From contig LBRB01000001.1 of NCBI GenBank assembly GCA_000991185.1, forward strand, positions 4,080 through 68,079: 64,000 bases of DNA, in the 5' to 3' direction. Made by a program: the position numbers and the translations under genes. Of the stretch, positions 39,491-48,841 are shown one piece after another (the stretch's first letter is position 1; the number at the start of each line of letters is the position of its first letter). The DNA is from Berkelbacteria bacterium GW2011_GWA2_35_9. GTDB taxonomy: Bacteria > Patescibacteriota > UBA1384 > GWA2-35-9. The notes beneath the pieces were generated by a model. It ran no database searches, was not told the origin of the DNA, and saw nothing but the letters and a program-made list of their open reading frames with translations.

Positions 39491-40204
39491 CTATTTATAA
39501 CAAAGTGGTTTAATCTTGTAATAATACTTGATTACATTTTTTATTTGATTTGAAAGTTCAACCGTTTCAATATTAAACCTTGGGTCTTTAGATAGATTTC
39601 GACTAAGATTATAGACTAATATTTTAGCTCTTAATCTTGTGATTAACAAAAAACGATTGCTTTTAAGTATTTCATGCGATTTGAATAAAAAACTTTTATA
39701 GAATTCGTCAATAGGTTTGATGTTATAATATTTAATAAAATCAGGACTGAACTCAGAAAGTTTTAGTGTTTCGATGTTGATATTAAATTGTTTGGCGAGT
39801 TGATTAATTTTAGAGAGATTTTCAGCGTTACCAATTAGAATTTGATATGCAAATGAAACAAAACCAATATCTTTTAAAGCGTTAAAGAATAGAGTTTTAA
39901 ATGATCTTTTTTTATAACCTCGAATTATAATTAAATATGTTGTTCGTTTAATATTTTTATCGATTAAGGATATCGGCAGTAACTTTTCATCCAACCATAC
40001 TTCTCCTTGGGCTGTAATTTTATAAATATTATTTTCGTATTTTACAAAGTTACTATTGATAAGCTTGGTCAAATTTGTTTTAACTATTCTTTTTGAGAAC
40101 GAAAAATATCTAATAATTTCATCGAATGAAACATTTTTCAAATCGTCGATTAAAATTAATAATTTCGTTGTAGTTGAAATATCTTCAATATTTTGCATAT
40201 GCAA
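39491..40204 (-). CDS. Hypothetical protein with N-terminal winged-helix-like region
   Basis: 237 aa; N-terminus resembles PadR/MarR wHTH (IIRYFSFSKRIVKTNLTKLINSNFV...YKITAQGEVWL); C-terminal domain unknown. Confidence 0.4.
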   Translation of the reverse strand: MHMQNIEDISTTTKLLILIDDLKNVSFDEIIRYFSFSKRIVKTNLTKLINSNFVKYENNIYKITAQGEVWLDEKLLPISLIDKNIKRTTYLIIIRGYKKRSFKTLFFNALKDIGFVSFAYQILIGNAENLSKINQLAKQFNINIETLKLSEFSPDFIKYYNIKPIDEFYKSFLFKSHEILKSNRFLLITRLRAKILVYNLSRNLSKDPRFNIETVELSNQIKNVIKYYYKIKPLCYK

Positions 40205-40243
40205 CTAATATAACATACAAAATATATTATGCAATAATAAAAT

Positions 40244-41263
40244 TCAATAAAAGTACTTCAAATTATTGTAACCCCACTCCAACAAAGCTTTACACTCTTC
40301 AGCTGATGCAGTATTCGTGTTAGAAAAAGTATTTATAATAACTGCAATTAATATATGCCCATCTCTTTCTGCTGCCGAAACTAAATTGTGACCAGCAGTT
40401 GGAGTAAAACCAGTTTTACCGCCAATAATACCTGAAAAAAACATCTCTTCTTTAACTAAACGATTTGAATTTACAAGATGATGGTTTAATCCACTAACAG
40501 ATGTAATATCTTTTTCGGATGTTTTAATAATTGATTTAATTTTATCAAATCTTAAGGCGTATGAAAGTAATGTAGCGATATCATGGGCGCTCGATTTACC
40601 TTCATCGTTAAGACCGGCTGGATCTAAAAAATTAGTGTTATTCATGCGTAAATCTTTCGCTTTTGAATTCATTAATTCTACAAACTTTTCTTCCGACCCA
40701 GAAATATGTTCTGCTAAGACAATAGCGCTGTCATTGGCGGAATTAATCAAAAGTGCATTAAGCAGATCATCAATACTAATTTTTTCATCTATGGCTAAAC
40801 TAATAGTTGAACCGTTAGTGTAAACAGCATTTTTCGATACGGTCGCAATATCGTCAAGTTTTCCATTTTCCATTGTTAGAACAGCAGTCATTAATTTAGT
40901 TATTGAAGCAACTGGAACTGAAATATATTCATCTTTAGCTACAATTATTTCGGCGCTTTTTTGATCTACTAAAATATAATTTTTTGCGTTAATAATTGGC
41001 TTAGGAGTACCAGGAATAATGATTGGCGGTAAAACTAATTTATTTTTTAATTCGTCAATTTTAGATACATTCTCACTCTCACTCTTTACGCCTAAAACAT
41101 TACCATTATTGTTAGTATTATTTTTATTAGATATATAATTAGCTGATTTTTGAAATAAAAATAGTAACAAAAAAACGCCAACTGAAATGGCTGTTATTTT
41201 GTAAAAAAGTGTTTTTGGATCACTTTTTTCTTTTTCGATCTTGGGTGGTAATATGTAACTCAT
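40244..41263 (-). CDS. D-alanyl-D-alanine carboxypeptidase (peptidase S11, PBP5/6-like)
   Basis: 339 aa; SxxK (ASITKLMT), SxN (NSANDSA), KTG (GGKTGFT); overlaps aspS 3' end by 44 nt. Confidence 0.8.
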   Translation of the reverse strand: MSYILPPKIEKEKSDPKTLFYKITAISVGVFLLLFLFQKSANYISNKNNTNNNGNVLGVKSESENVSKIDELKNKLVLPPIIIPGTPKPIINAKNYILVDQKSAEIIVAKDEYISVPVASITKLMTAVLTMENGKLDDIATVSKNAVYTNGSTISLAIDEKISIDDLLNALLINSANDSAIVLAEHISGSEEKFVELMNSKAKDLRMNNTNFLDPAGLNDEGKSSAHDIATLLSYALRFDKIKSIIKTSEKDITSVSGLNHHLVNSNRLVKEEMFFSGIIGGKTGFTPTAGHNLVSAAERDGHILIAVIINTFSNTNTASAEECKALLEWGYNNLKYFY

Positions 41264-42617
41264 CTAACTGTTTTTTATCAACTCGACATGGCGAATCCAT
41301 CAACGGGTCTCTCCCATCACCTGTTTTAGGGAATGGTATAACTTCTCTGATATTATTTTCATTATTTAAAACCATTAACAATCGATCATATCCAATTGCA
41401 ATCCCCCCGTGTGGCGGTACTCCAAATTTAAAAGCTTTTAATAAATGTCCAAATTTTTCTTCTATATCAGCTTGACTATGATCTAAAAATTCAAAAACTC
41501 GTTTTAAAACAGCAACATCATGAGTTCTGATACTACCTCCAGCAACTTCATTACCGTTGATAACTAAGTCATACTGTTGAGCGATAACTTTTTCAGGATC
41601 TTGTTTTTCAAAATCTTCCACAAACTCTTTTTTAATGGCAGTAAAGGGATGATGAGATGGACCAAAACTGCCATCTTCTTTCTTTTCAAACATTGGGAAA
41701 TCAACTACCCAACAAATTGCTAACTCGTTTTTATCATTTTTATTTTTTCGCAAATCAGGACGATCGGTCTGATATTTTTCCATAGCTTCTTTATGAGTTA
41801 AACGAGGAATAGGGGTTAAAGTCAAATATTTTTCTGGATAAATAGTTTTGATTAGTTCTAAAACTAGATTTTCTGTTAATTTAATTATGTTCTTTTCATC
41901 AACAAAACTAGCTTCAATATCAACTTGAGTAAATTCCGGTTGCCGATCCCCTCTTTGATCTTCATCCCGGAAATTTCTAACAATTTGAAAATATTTTTCT
42001 ATTCCGGCAATTTGCAAAAGTTGTTTATATTGTTGTGGTGATTGAGGTAAAGCGTAAAACATACCAGCTTGATTTCTGCTGGGCACCAAGAAATCTCTCG
42101 CACCTTCAGGAGTCGATTTAGTTAAGAGTGGTGTTTCAATCTCCAAATAACCTTTTTTAGATAAATAATTTCTGATAAATTGATTCGATTTATGTCGGTT
42201 AATAAGGTTTTGCTTCATTCTTTTAGTGCGTAGATCGAGGTAGCGGTATTTTAAACGAGTTTCTTCTAAAACTCCTGAAGTATCGTCTAATTCAAATGGT
42301 AGCTTATCGCAAGGACTGATAACTTCAAGTTTTTCAGATTGAATCTCAACATCGCCCGAAATAATATTTTTATTAACTAAATTTTCTGGTCTTTTAACCA
42401 CCTCACCGGTAACTGAAACGACACTTTCAATTGAAACTTTTTCCGCTTTTTCATAATCATTATTGCCAGGTAAAATTACCACCTGAACAATTCCATAACG
42501 ATCACGAATATCCAAGAAAGTAATCTTGCCGTGGTTTCGTTTTGAATTTACCCAACCAAAAACAGTTACTTTCTCACCAACTAGACCATTTAAATTTTTT
42601 GTTAAAACTCTATTCAT
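41220..42617 (-). CDS. aspS: Aspartyl-tRNA synthetase (short class IIb form; Asp/Asn-type)
   Basis: 465 aa; N-terminal OB fold, QSPQQYKQ, class II motifs 2/3 (FRDEDQRGDRQPEFTQVD, GGIAIGYDRLLM). Confidence 0.75.
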   Translation of the reverse strand: MNRVLTKNLNGLVGEKVTVFGWVNSKRNHGKITFLDIRDRYGIVQVVILPGNNDYEKAEKVSIESVVSVTGEVVKRPENLVNKNIISGDVEIQSEKLEVISPCDKLPFELDDTSGVLEETRLKYRYLDLRTKRMKQNLINRHKSNQFIRNYLSKKGYLEIETPLLTKSTPEGARDFLVPSRNQAGMFYALPQSPQQYKQLLQIAGIEKYFQIVRNFRDEDQRGDRQPEFTQVDIEASFVDEKNIIKLTENLVLELIKTIYPEKYLTLTPIPRLTHKEAMEKYQTDRPDLRKNKNDKNELAICWVVDFPMFEKKEDGSFGPSHHPFTAIKKEFVEDFEKQDPEKVIAQQYDLVINGNEVAGGSIRTHDVAVLKRVFEFLDHSQADIEEKFGHLLKAFKFGVPPHGGIAIGYDRLLMVLNNENNIREVIPFPKTGDGRDPLMDSPCRVDKKQLDELHITTQDRKRKK

Positions 42618-42630
42618 TTACCTTGTTATT

Positions 42631-43230
42631 TTATAGGAAATTTAGTTTTTTGTAAACATCTCGAGTCACCTCAACATCCTTTTGACAATATTTGTATACC
42701 AGTTCATGTTTGTTTTTCAAATAATAATCATAAACTTCACTCCCTTTCATTATTTCCTTAGAAGAAGTGATACCAAAAATCTTGGCTAATCGATCTAAAC
42801 TCGTTAAGTTACTTGACCATTTATTCCATTCTCGCATTGTGTCGTAGATTGGATCATTTCTATACCGAGCAAAAAACAGATTTTGGGTTGGTTTAACATT
42901 ATGAATAATTGATCTTTTGTAAATAAACGGCAGATCGAATTCCATTATGTTGTGACCAATAAAAATATTCGCTGGCTGAGCGATTTGCCAAAATTTAGTT
43001 AAAATATCTTTTTCGTCACCACTCAAAACTTCAACGTTATCATCATTAATTGCATATGCAATACAATAAATTTTGCCAAAATCGCCATTAAACGAGGTGT
43101 TTCGATGGTACTCTTCGAAAGTTTGTTTTTTAATATTTTTATCTCTGGTCAAATCTTCATAAGTAGTTTTAACTAAATCCAATACTTTTCCATCTGCGGG
43201 TAATGTTTCGATGTCTAAATATATTTTCAT
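42631..43230 (-). CDS. Stand-alone DnaQ-fold 3'-5' exonuclease (PolB-exonuclease-like)
   Basis: 199 aa; Exo I YLDIETLP, Exo II FIGHNIMEFDLPFI, Exo III YCQKDVEVTRDVY. Confidence 0.6.
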   Translation of the reverse strand: MKIYLDIETLPADGKVLDLVKTTYEDLTRDKNIKKQTFEEYHRNTSFNGDFGKIYCIAYAINDDNVEVLSGDEKDILTKFWQIAQPANIFIGHNIMEFDLPFIYKRSIIHNVKPTQNLFFARYRNDPIYDTMREWNKWSSNLTSLDRLAKIFGITSSKEIMKGSEVYDYYLKNKHELVYKYCQKDVEVTRDVYKKLNFL

Positions 43231-45074
43231 CTTATTATTGCCTCAAAATTATTTTTTAGCATAATTAAAGTTTTTTGATACGCATCATTGATTTTATTGA
43301 TATCTTGAATATCAAATATTAAATGAAAAGCGTAACTGATTTTATTTTCTCCGAAATTTTTATTTTCAAATTTGTCAAAAAGATCAATGTCAAATATCGC
43401 TTGAATATTTGAATGAAGAGTGTATTTAATCTTTTCAAAATAAATATTCTTATTCACAACGATTGAAATGTCGAGAATGGTTGGATGAAATTTTGAAAAA
43501 GATTTAAATTTAATCGGTTTTAATTCCAATTCAGATAGTGTAATTTTATTTTTTAATTTAAATAAATCAAAAGCTTTATCAAGGGGTGTTTCGTAAACGA
43601 AAAGTGATTTGCGAATTTTAAAAATTGAGTAGTTTTTATCATGAGGAGAAATTTTTATTTCGCCATCAATATTTAATTTTTGATGAGATAAAATTGCCAG
43701 ATTTTCAATTTCATTGTCTTGATAAAAAACATTTCCAATTTCAAATAATTTTATATTTGAATACCAAGGATTTTTTGAGGCAGTCTTAATTAAAAGTGGT
43801 ACCAAAGAATTTCTTAACGATTGATGTTCGTTGGACAACGGGTTTTTAATAGTGACAAGTTGATTGTCGTTCTGATTAAAAATTTTAGTTTCATTTTCTG
43901 AGAGAAAAGAATACGTCGAGACTTCATTAAAACCTAAATCAGTTAAGCTTTTTTTTAATTGATATTTTTTCCAATATTGATCGTTATCAACTATTTCAGT
44001 TGGTTTGTCGATGACTTTAACTTTTAAATTATTATAACCATAGACTCGGGCAATTTCTTCAGCTAGATCTTGCCAAATAGTGATGTCTTTTCGATAGCTT
44101 GGTGGGACAACTTCATCATCGGTAATTTGACAACCCACTGATTGAAGGGCATTATTACAGAATTGTTTATCAAAATTTGTTCCAATTAATTGAGAAACTT
44201 TTTTGTAATCAAGTTTTATTTTTGATTTCGCAGACAAATTAATATCTTGATAAAATAATTCTTCTACTCTCCCCCATTTATTTTCTTCAATAATTTGTTT
44301 AAATTTTGCAAGGGTAATTTTAGTCAAATTTTCATCAACACCTCGTTCATATCGGTAGGAAGCGGGTGTGGTAATTTTGCTAGATTTTGAAGCTAAGCGA
44401 ATGATATCTGGATTAAATATGGATGTTTGAACAAAAATATTTTTAGTTTTATCGGTAGTGGCGCTATTTTTACCACCCATAACGCCGATTAAGTCAACAA
44501 TTTTATTGCCTGATTCATAGATTAACAAATCTTGCTTAAGTTCAATTGAGCTATTGTCGAGTAAAACTATTTTTTCTTTTTCTTGGCTTTTTCTTAATTT
44601 TAATTGGTATTTAATTGAATCAAGATCAAACGAATGGAGTGGTTGACCAGTCTCGAGCATTAAATAATTAGTCAAATCAACAAAATTATTAATTGGTTTT
44701 AAACCACAGGCAATTATTCTTTTTTGAATATATTCTGGGGAAGCAGTAATCTTAATATCTTTTACTACCAAACCAGCAAAATTAATAACCTCATCTTTAG
44801 CCTCAATGTCGAAATTAATTAATTTAGAAGTTGTCTGAAATTTTGGCAGACTATTATTTTTTGATTTAATCTGGCTTGGAAATTTAATCGCTAATTCACG
44901 AGCTATGCCGATGATGGATAACATATCAGCACGATTGGGGGTAACTTCGATTTCGACAAATTCATTGTTGATATTTTCAACCTCGAAACCAAGTTCGCTA
45001 AAAGCAGTTTCAATCATATTTAGATCGTTAGGAAAATCAACAAATTCATTTAACCAATCGAATGGTGCAAGCAT
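43227..45074 (-). CDS. pheT: Phenylalanyl-tRNA synthetase beta subunit (short form)
   Basis: 615 aa; B3/B4 and B5 domains, VTPNRADMLS motif; overlaps pheS. Confidence 0.85.
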   Translation of the reverse strand: MLAPFDWLNEFVDFPNDLNMIETAFSELGFEVENINNEFVEIEVTPNRADMLSIIGIARELAIKFPSQIKSKNNSLPKFQTTSKLINFDIEAKDEVINFAGLVVKDIKITASPEYIQKRIIACGLKPINNFVDLTNYLMLETGQPLHSFDLDSIKYQLKLRKSQEKEKIVLLDNSSIELKQDLLIYESGNKIVDLIGVMGGKNSATTDKTKNIFVQTSIFNPDIIRLASKSSKITTPASYRYERGVDENLTKITLAKFKQIIEENKWGRVEELFYQDINLSAKSKIKLDYKKVSQLIGTNFDKQFCNNALQSVGCQITDDEVVPPSYRKDITIWQDLAEEIARVYGYNNLKVKVIDKPTEIVDNDQYWKKYQLKKSLTDLGFNEVSTYSFLSENETKIFNQNDNQLVTIKNPLSNEHQSLRNSLVPLLIKTASKNPWYSNIKLFEIGNVFYQDNEIENLAILSHQKLNIDGEIKISPHDKNYSIFKIRKSLFVYETPLDKAFDLFKLKNKITLSELELKPIKFKSFSKFHPTILDISIVVNKNIYFEKIKYTLHSNIQAIFDIDLFDKFENKNFGENKISYAFHLIFDIQDINKINDAYQKTLIMLKNNFEAIIR

Positions 45075-45078
45075 AATT

Positions 45079-45759
45079 TTATTTAAATTGTTTTATAAAT
45101 CGAATATCGTTTTGATACGGCAAGCGGATATCTTTAATACCATAATACAACATCATTAAACGATTTATTCCCATACCAAAAGCAAAACCTTGAAATATTT
45201 TCGGATCAATATGCATATTTTTTAAAACCTCTGGATGGATCATACCACTCCCCATCACTTCAAGCCATTTGTTTTCAAAAAATATATCAAAGTCCATACC
45301 CGGCTCAACAAAAGGATAGTAATGAGGACGAGTTCTAACCTTGATTGAACCTCCATAGATTTTTTTAAGTATATATTCAATCGTGCCTTTTAAATCAGCC
45401 AGTGTAATATTTTTATCAATTGCAAAACCTTCAAATTGATCAAAAACTGCTTCGTGAGTAGCATCGGTTTTTTCATTTCTATAAACTCGACCGGGAATAA
45501 CGATTCGAGCTGGTGGTTGGCGATTTTCCATAGAACGGACTTGACCAGCTGATGTTTGGGTGCGTAAAACTTTTTTATCGCTTAACCAAAAAGTGTCTTG
45601 CTCATCTCGTGCCGGATGATTAGCTGGAACTAATAACGAATCAAAATTATACCACTCGCTTTCGATTTCTGGTGTTTCAACCACCTCAAAACCTAGCTCC
45701 TCAAAAAGCTTGACTAAATAGCTAGTGAATTGGGTAATTGGGTGAAGTGTGCCTTGCAT
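45079..45759 (-). CDS. pheS: Phenylalanyl-tRNA synthetase alpha subunit (short form)
   Basis: 226 aa; class II core motifs (FRVYRNE..., GFAFGMGINRL). Confidence 0.85.
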   Translation of the reverse strand: MQGTLHPITQFTSYLVKLFEELGFEVVETPEIESEWYNFDSLLVPANHPARDEQDTFWLSDKKVLRTQTSAGQVRSMENRQPPARIVIPGRVYRNEKTDATHEAVFDQFEGFAIDKNITLADLKGTIEYILKKIYGGSIKVRTRPHYYPFVEPGMDFDIFFENKWLEVMGSGMIHPEVLKNMHIDPKIFQGFAFGMGINRLMMLYYGIKDIRLPYQNDIRFIKQFK

Positions 45760-45761
45760 AA

Positions 45762-46145
45762 TTAATTATTTAAAATTGCTTTGATAAAAAATTCTAACAA
45801 AATTGCAATAAAAATCAAAATACATGCTTGAAGTGTATTTAGAACATTTAATGAATTTAAGCCGAGCAAACTGACAATCAGAACCGATAAAATTGTTGCT
45901 TGGCGAATACTGATAGAAATATTAGTATTGATGCTATTTTTTGAAAAAAGATTAATTCGAACGAATATCATAATCATTGTTAATATCCCAGATAACCAAA
46001 AAAACAGAGTGCCAAAAAAACTTAATATTGCCAGTATGTCACCTGAAAATGGATCAAAGTTATAGAGAATATAGATCCAAATTGCAAATGCAACAAGTGT
46101 TGAAGAAAAAATTGAGAATAGATTATATTTAATTCTTTCTGTCAT
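45762..46145 (-). CDS. Small integral membrane protein, hypothetical
   Basis: 127 aa, 4 predicted TM helices; no family recognised. Confidence 0.4.
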   Translation of the reverse strand: MTERIKYNLFSIFSSTLVAFAIWIYILYNFDPFSGDILAILSFFGTLFFWLSGILTMIMIFVRINLFSKNSINTNISISIRQATILSVLIVSLLGLNSLNVLNTLQACILIFIAILLEFFIKAILNN

Positions 46146-46458
46146 CGGTAGTATTTAACATTTTATCAATATTTTCAGTTGAATTATCAACCACAAATTC
46201 TAAAATTGGAGTAAACTTGAGTGGCACTTTATCGGCAATAATGCGTTGAAAATGAGATTTATTTTTATTCAATTTATCAACATAATCTTCGACATTAATT
46301 AAGGAATTGATATAGACTTTTGCGTGACGAAAATCTTTATCTGCATCAACGCCGGTAACCGTAACCAAACTATTGTCATTACTAAAATATTCTAGCATTT
46401 CCAACGCTAGCTGTTTCTGCATTTCACTATTAACCCGATCAATCCGATTTGAATTCAT
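46129..46458 (-). CDS. rbfA: Ribosome-binding factor A
   Basis: 109 aa; RIDRVNSEMQKQLALEM...VTVTGVDADKDFRHAKVYI KH-like motif. Confidence 0.75.
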   Translation of the reverse strand: MNSNRIDRVNSEMQKQLALEMLEYFSNDNSLVTVTGVDADKDFRHAKVYINSLINVEDYVDKLNKNKSHFQRIIADKVPLKFTPILEFVVDNSTENIDKMLNTTDDRKN

Positions 46459-46579
46459 TACTCATATAATATCAGATAATCCTCAATTTTAAAATACACC
46501 TCGGAGGTGGCGAGAGACTCCTGCGAGGTGTGAACACGGTTCCTTGAATTATTCCAAGATAAAGCGTATTATTTAATCT

Positions 46580-47197
46580 ATGGTAAAACAAAATACGAAT
46601 ACTCAAAAAGAATTAAAAGTTCCATTCAATTTTAAGGTTCGTAACAAAGGTTGTGCTCTTGCGTGTGTTGAAATGATAATGAGTTATTATCATCAAAATA
46701 TTGATGTAGATAAAATTTACAAATCTCTTGCAATGAGCAATGACGGTTTAGATTTATTTGAAGTTGCATCTGAACTATCTCGCATAGGATATCAAATTAA
46801 TGGTGGGTTTACTGATGAAGATATTACCTTTGGAGTAAAAAATCATGTTGAATTAATAAATGATAAAATTTTAAAAAAAATTGATAAAAATCTAGTTGAA
46901 GCATATAAAGGTATTTTGATGACAATGGATAAAAATAAAAATATAAAAATTCATAGACTAGTGCTTAGAGATATTAAAGAATCAATAGATAAAAACGAGC
47001 CTATCATAATAAATTTACTATCGAAAGGAAAAAACGAATTTATGCATTCGGTCTGTGTGATTGGGTATAATGAAAACGATATTGTGATTCTTAATCCACC
47101 CAAGATTGGAAAAGAGTATATACAGATGGAAACATTTTTTAATCTTCACCAAGAATCAGGTGGTTATTATTTTTCAATAAAGAGACGGAGCATCTGA
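46580..47197 (+). CDS. Stand-alone papain-like C39-family cysteine peptidase domain protein
   Basis: 205 aa; catalytic Cys context NKGCALACVEMIMSYY and His context HSVCVIGYNENDIVILNP typical of peptidase C39; no ABC transporter fusion. Confidence 0.6.
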   Translation: MVKQNTNTQKELKVPFNFKVRNKGCALACVEMIMSYYHQNIDVDKIYKSLAMSNDGLDLFEVASELSRIGYQINGGFTDEDITFGVKNHVELINDKILKKIDKNLVEAYKGILMTMDKNKNIKIHRLVLRDIKESIDKNEPIIINLLSKGKNEFMHSVCVIGYNENDIVILNPPKIGKEYIQMETFFNLHQESGGYYFSIKRRSI

Positions 47198-47208
47198 CGA
47201 TGCTCCGT
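47185..47208. terminator. 10-bp hairpin acggagcatc-tgac-gatgctccgt overlapping C39 stop; plausible bidirectional terminator
   Basis: Perfect inverted repeat seen directly; U-rich tract only on minus-strand reading. Confidence 0.4.
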
Positions 47209-47227
47209 TAATATTGGGTGTTCTCGG

Positions 47228-47410
47228 TCACATGTTCCACCAGCCTTTGCTCGATCCCGATTTTCCAGTACTAGAGCTTGACTTTTTTGTGGATGATGAA
47301 GTATTCGCTTGCTTGGTTTTGGCGTTTGTGCCAAAATTTCTGCTATCTTTCATCCCACTTGACCGAACCTTAGGTCGAGGAGATCCACCAGAACCCTTGG
47401 TTTTACTCAT
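47228..47410 (-). CDS. Small basic Ser/Lys/Gly-rich protein (60 aa), hypothetical
   Basis: Start placed at the second Met (47410); consensus RBS AAGGAGGTG 7 nt upstream. GC-rich; sequence MSKTKGSGGSPRPK...SSSTGKSGSSKGWWNM. Confidence 0.4.
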   Translation of the reverse strand: MSKTKGSGGSPRPKVRSSGMKDSRNFGTNAKTKQANTSSSTKKSSSSTGKSGSSKGWWNM

Positions 47411-47589
47411 GGTTTTCACCTCCTTGATATCCAAATGAGCATATTATCACATATTGAATATTAAATGTCAATAGAAAAAACTAATAAAACAAAACCCTGC
47501 ACGCTATTTTCGAGGAACCATACGGAGCCCCACATGCAAGGATTTACTTGTAATCACTTTCGTGATCAATATAATTGTATAGTAAGTGG

Positions 47590-47607
47590 TCAACTTATGT
47601 CAATAGC
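47590..47607. repeat. Direct repeat copy ACTTATGTCAATAGCAAA (upstream of fic)
   Basis: 17/18 identical to 48742-48759; related copy AATGTCAATAGAAAAAA at ~47464 and partial TTGTCAATATATGTCA at ~47645. Confidence 0.55.
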
Positions 47608-47808
47608 AAATACTTAAAAAGACAATATCCCCATACCCCAATTTGTCAATATATGTCATTATTGTCACAGTTGTTAGTTTATGTTTATTTTACTCCTTAC
47701 TCCTCACTTTTTACTCCTTACTCCTTCCCCTCGACAACAGACAGGTAAAGGGTAGGATACCTCAAAACCGTGAAAATGTAGTATATTTTTGTGTTTTTCA
47801 CGGTTTTG

Positions 47809-47837
47809 TTGACAAAAACATAAAATACTGCTATAAT
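47809..47837 (+). promoter_or_regulatory. Consensus sigma-70 promoter TTGACA-17-TATAAT; predicted leaderless transcript for fic
   Basis: -10 ends 9 nt before the ATG at 47847, no RBS; 9-bp inverted repeat CCGTGAAAA-N20-TTTTCACGG (47768-47805) abuts the -35. Confidence 0.55.
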
Positions 47838-47846
47838 ATAGTCAAT

Positions 47847-48728
47847 ATGACTAAAATACTTAATGTTTATAATAAGATAAATACCCTTAGAGAAAGATAC
47901 TACAAAGCCTCAGCTGGTAAAGAATCGTTGATTTCTCTAATTCTTGAAACTGAAGTGGCGGAGCAGGTATATAACTCAAATGCGATAGAGAATAGCACCC
48001 TTAGCCTTGAAGAAACAGAAAAAATATTACTCCAGATTGACTTAGACAGGTATATTACTGAGCGAGAAATATTTGAAGCAAAAAACCTTGCTCGAGTCGT
48101 ATCGTATATTGAAACAAGAGCCAAAGAACAAGAACTAACTCTTGATGTGATCTTATTACTTCACAAAATGTTGATTACTAATATTAGGGATGAGGTTGCT
48201 GGAAGATTCAGAAATGATAACGAATTTGTCCGAGTCGGAAATCATATTGCCCCTAACCCCAAAGAAGTGTTTAAGCTACTCGATAAAATGCTAGTACAAT
48301 ATAATGGCTCAAGCCACGATAATATAATTAAAAGAATTGCCAGATTTCATCTAGCGTTTGAAAGTATTCACCCATTTGTCGATGGTAATGGTCGTATTGG
48401 AAGAGTTCTAAATAATTATTTGTTAATTAGGGAAGGGTTTGTCCCAATCAACATTAAATTTATTGACCGAAAAAAATATTATAATGCTTTTAAAGAGTTT
48501 GATAACAATGGCTCAACGAGCATTATGGAAGAGATCGTTGGGAGAGCGTTAACTAATAGTTATTACAAAAGATTGGCTTATCTAGAAGGTAAAAAGATTA
48601 TTACTCTGTCAAACTACGCTAAGGAAAACAAATTATCTCATTCCAACCTAATTAACAAAGCCAACCGGCAGACTATCGAAGCGTTTCTAGAAAAAAATAT
48701 CTGGAAAATCACCAAGGATTATAAGTAA
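47847..48728 (+). CDS. Fic/Doc family protein (class II, N-terminal inhibitory motif), likely AMP-transferase
   Basis: 294 aa from Met at 47847; ORF-track start 47643 is a hydrophobic upstream extension before the promoter. Fic motif HPFVDGNGRIGR; inhibitory motif SNAIEN near N-terminus. Confidence 0.85.
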   Translation: MTKILNVYNKINTLRERYYKASAGKESLISLILETEVAEQVYNSNAIENSTLSLEETEKILLQIDLDRYITEREIFEAKNLARVVSYIETRAKEQELTLDVILLLHKMLITNIRDEVAGRFRNDNEFVRVGNHIAPNPKEVFKLLDKMLVQYNGSSHDNIIKRIARFHLAFESIHPFVDGNGRIGRVLNNYLLIREGFVPINIKFIDRKKYYNAFKEFDNNGSTSIMEEIVGRALTNSYYKRLAYLEGKKIITLSNYAKENKLSHSNLINKANRQTIEAFLEKNIWKITKDYK

Positions 48729-48741
48729 GTAAATCAGCACC

Positions 48742-48759
48742 CACTTATGTCAATAGAAA
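48742..48759. repeat. Direct repeat copy ACTTATGTCAATAGAAAA (downstream of fic)
   Basis: Matches 47590-47607; the pair brackets the ~1.15-kb fic cassette including its promoter. Confidence 0.55.
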
Positions 48760-48841
48760 AAAATAAAAGATAATAATTACCATGCAACTATCCGAAAACG
48801 AAAAACGGGATATAGAAAATAAATCTTAATATTAAACAACT

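Noticed and set aside
47214-47438. 74-aa plus-strand ORF overlapping the small Ser/Lys-rich gene
   Set aside because: Opposite strand has a perfect AAGGAGGTG RBS with ideal spacing and a downstream terminator; plus-strand ORF lacks an RBS and is probably the antisense shadow of a GC-rich gene.
47643-47846. Upstream extension of the Fic ORF (track start 47643)
   Set aside because: Extension is hydrophobic low-complexity and spans the consensus promoter; the internal Met at 47847 directly downstream of the -10 is the credible start.
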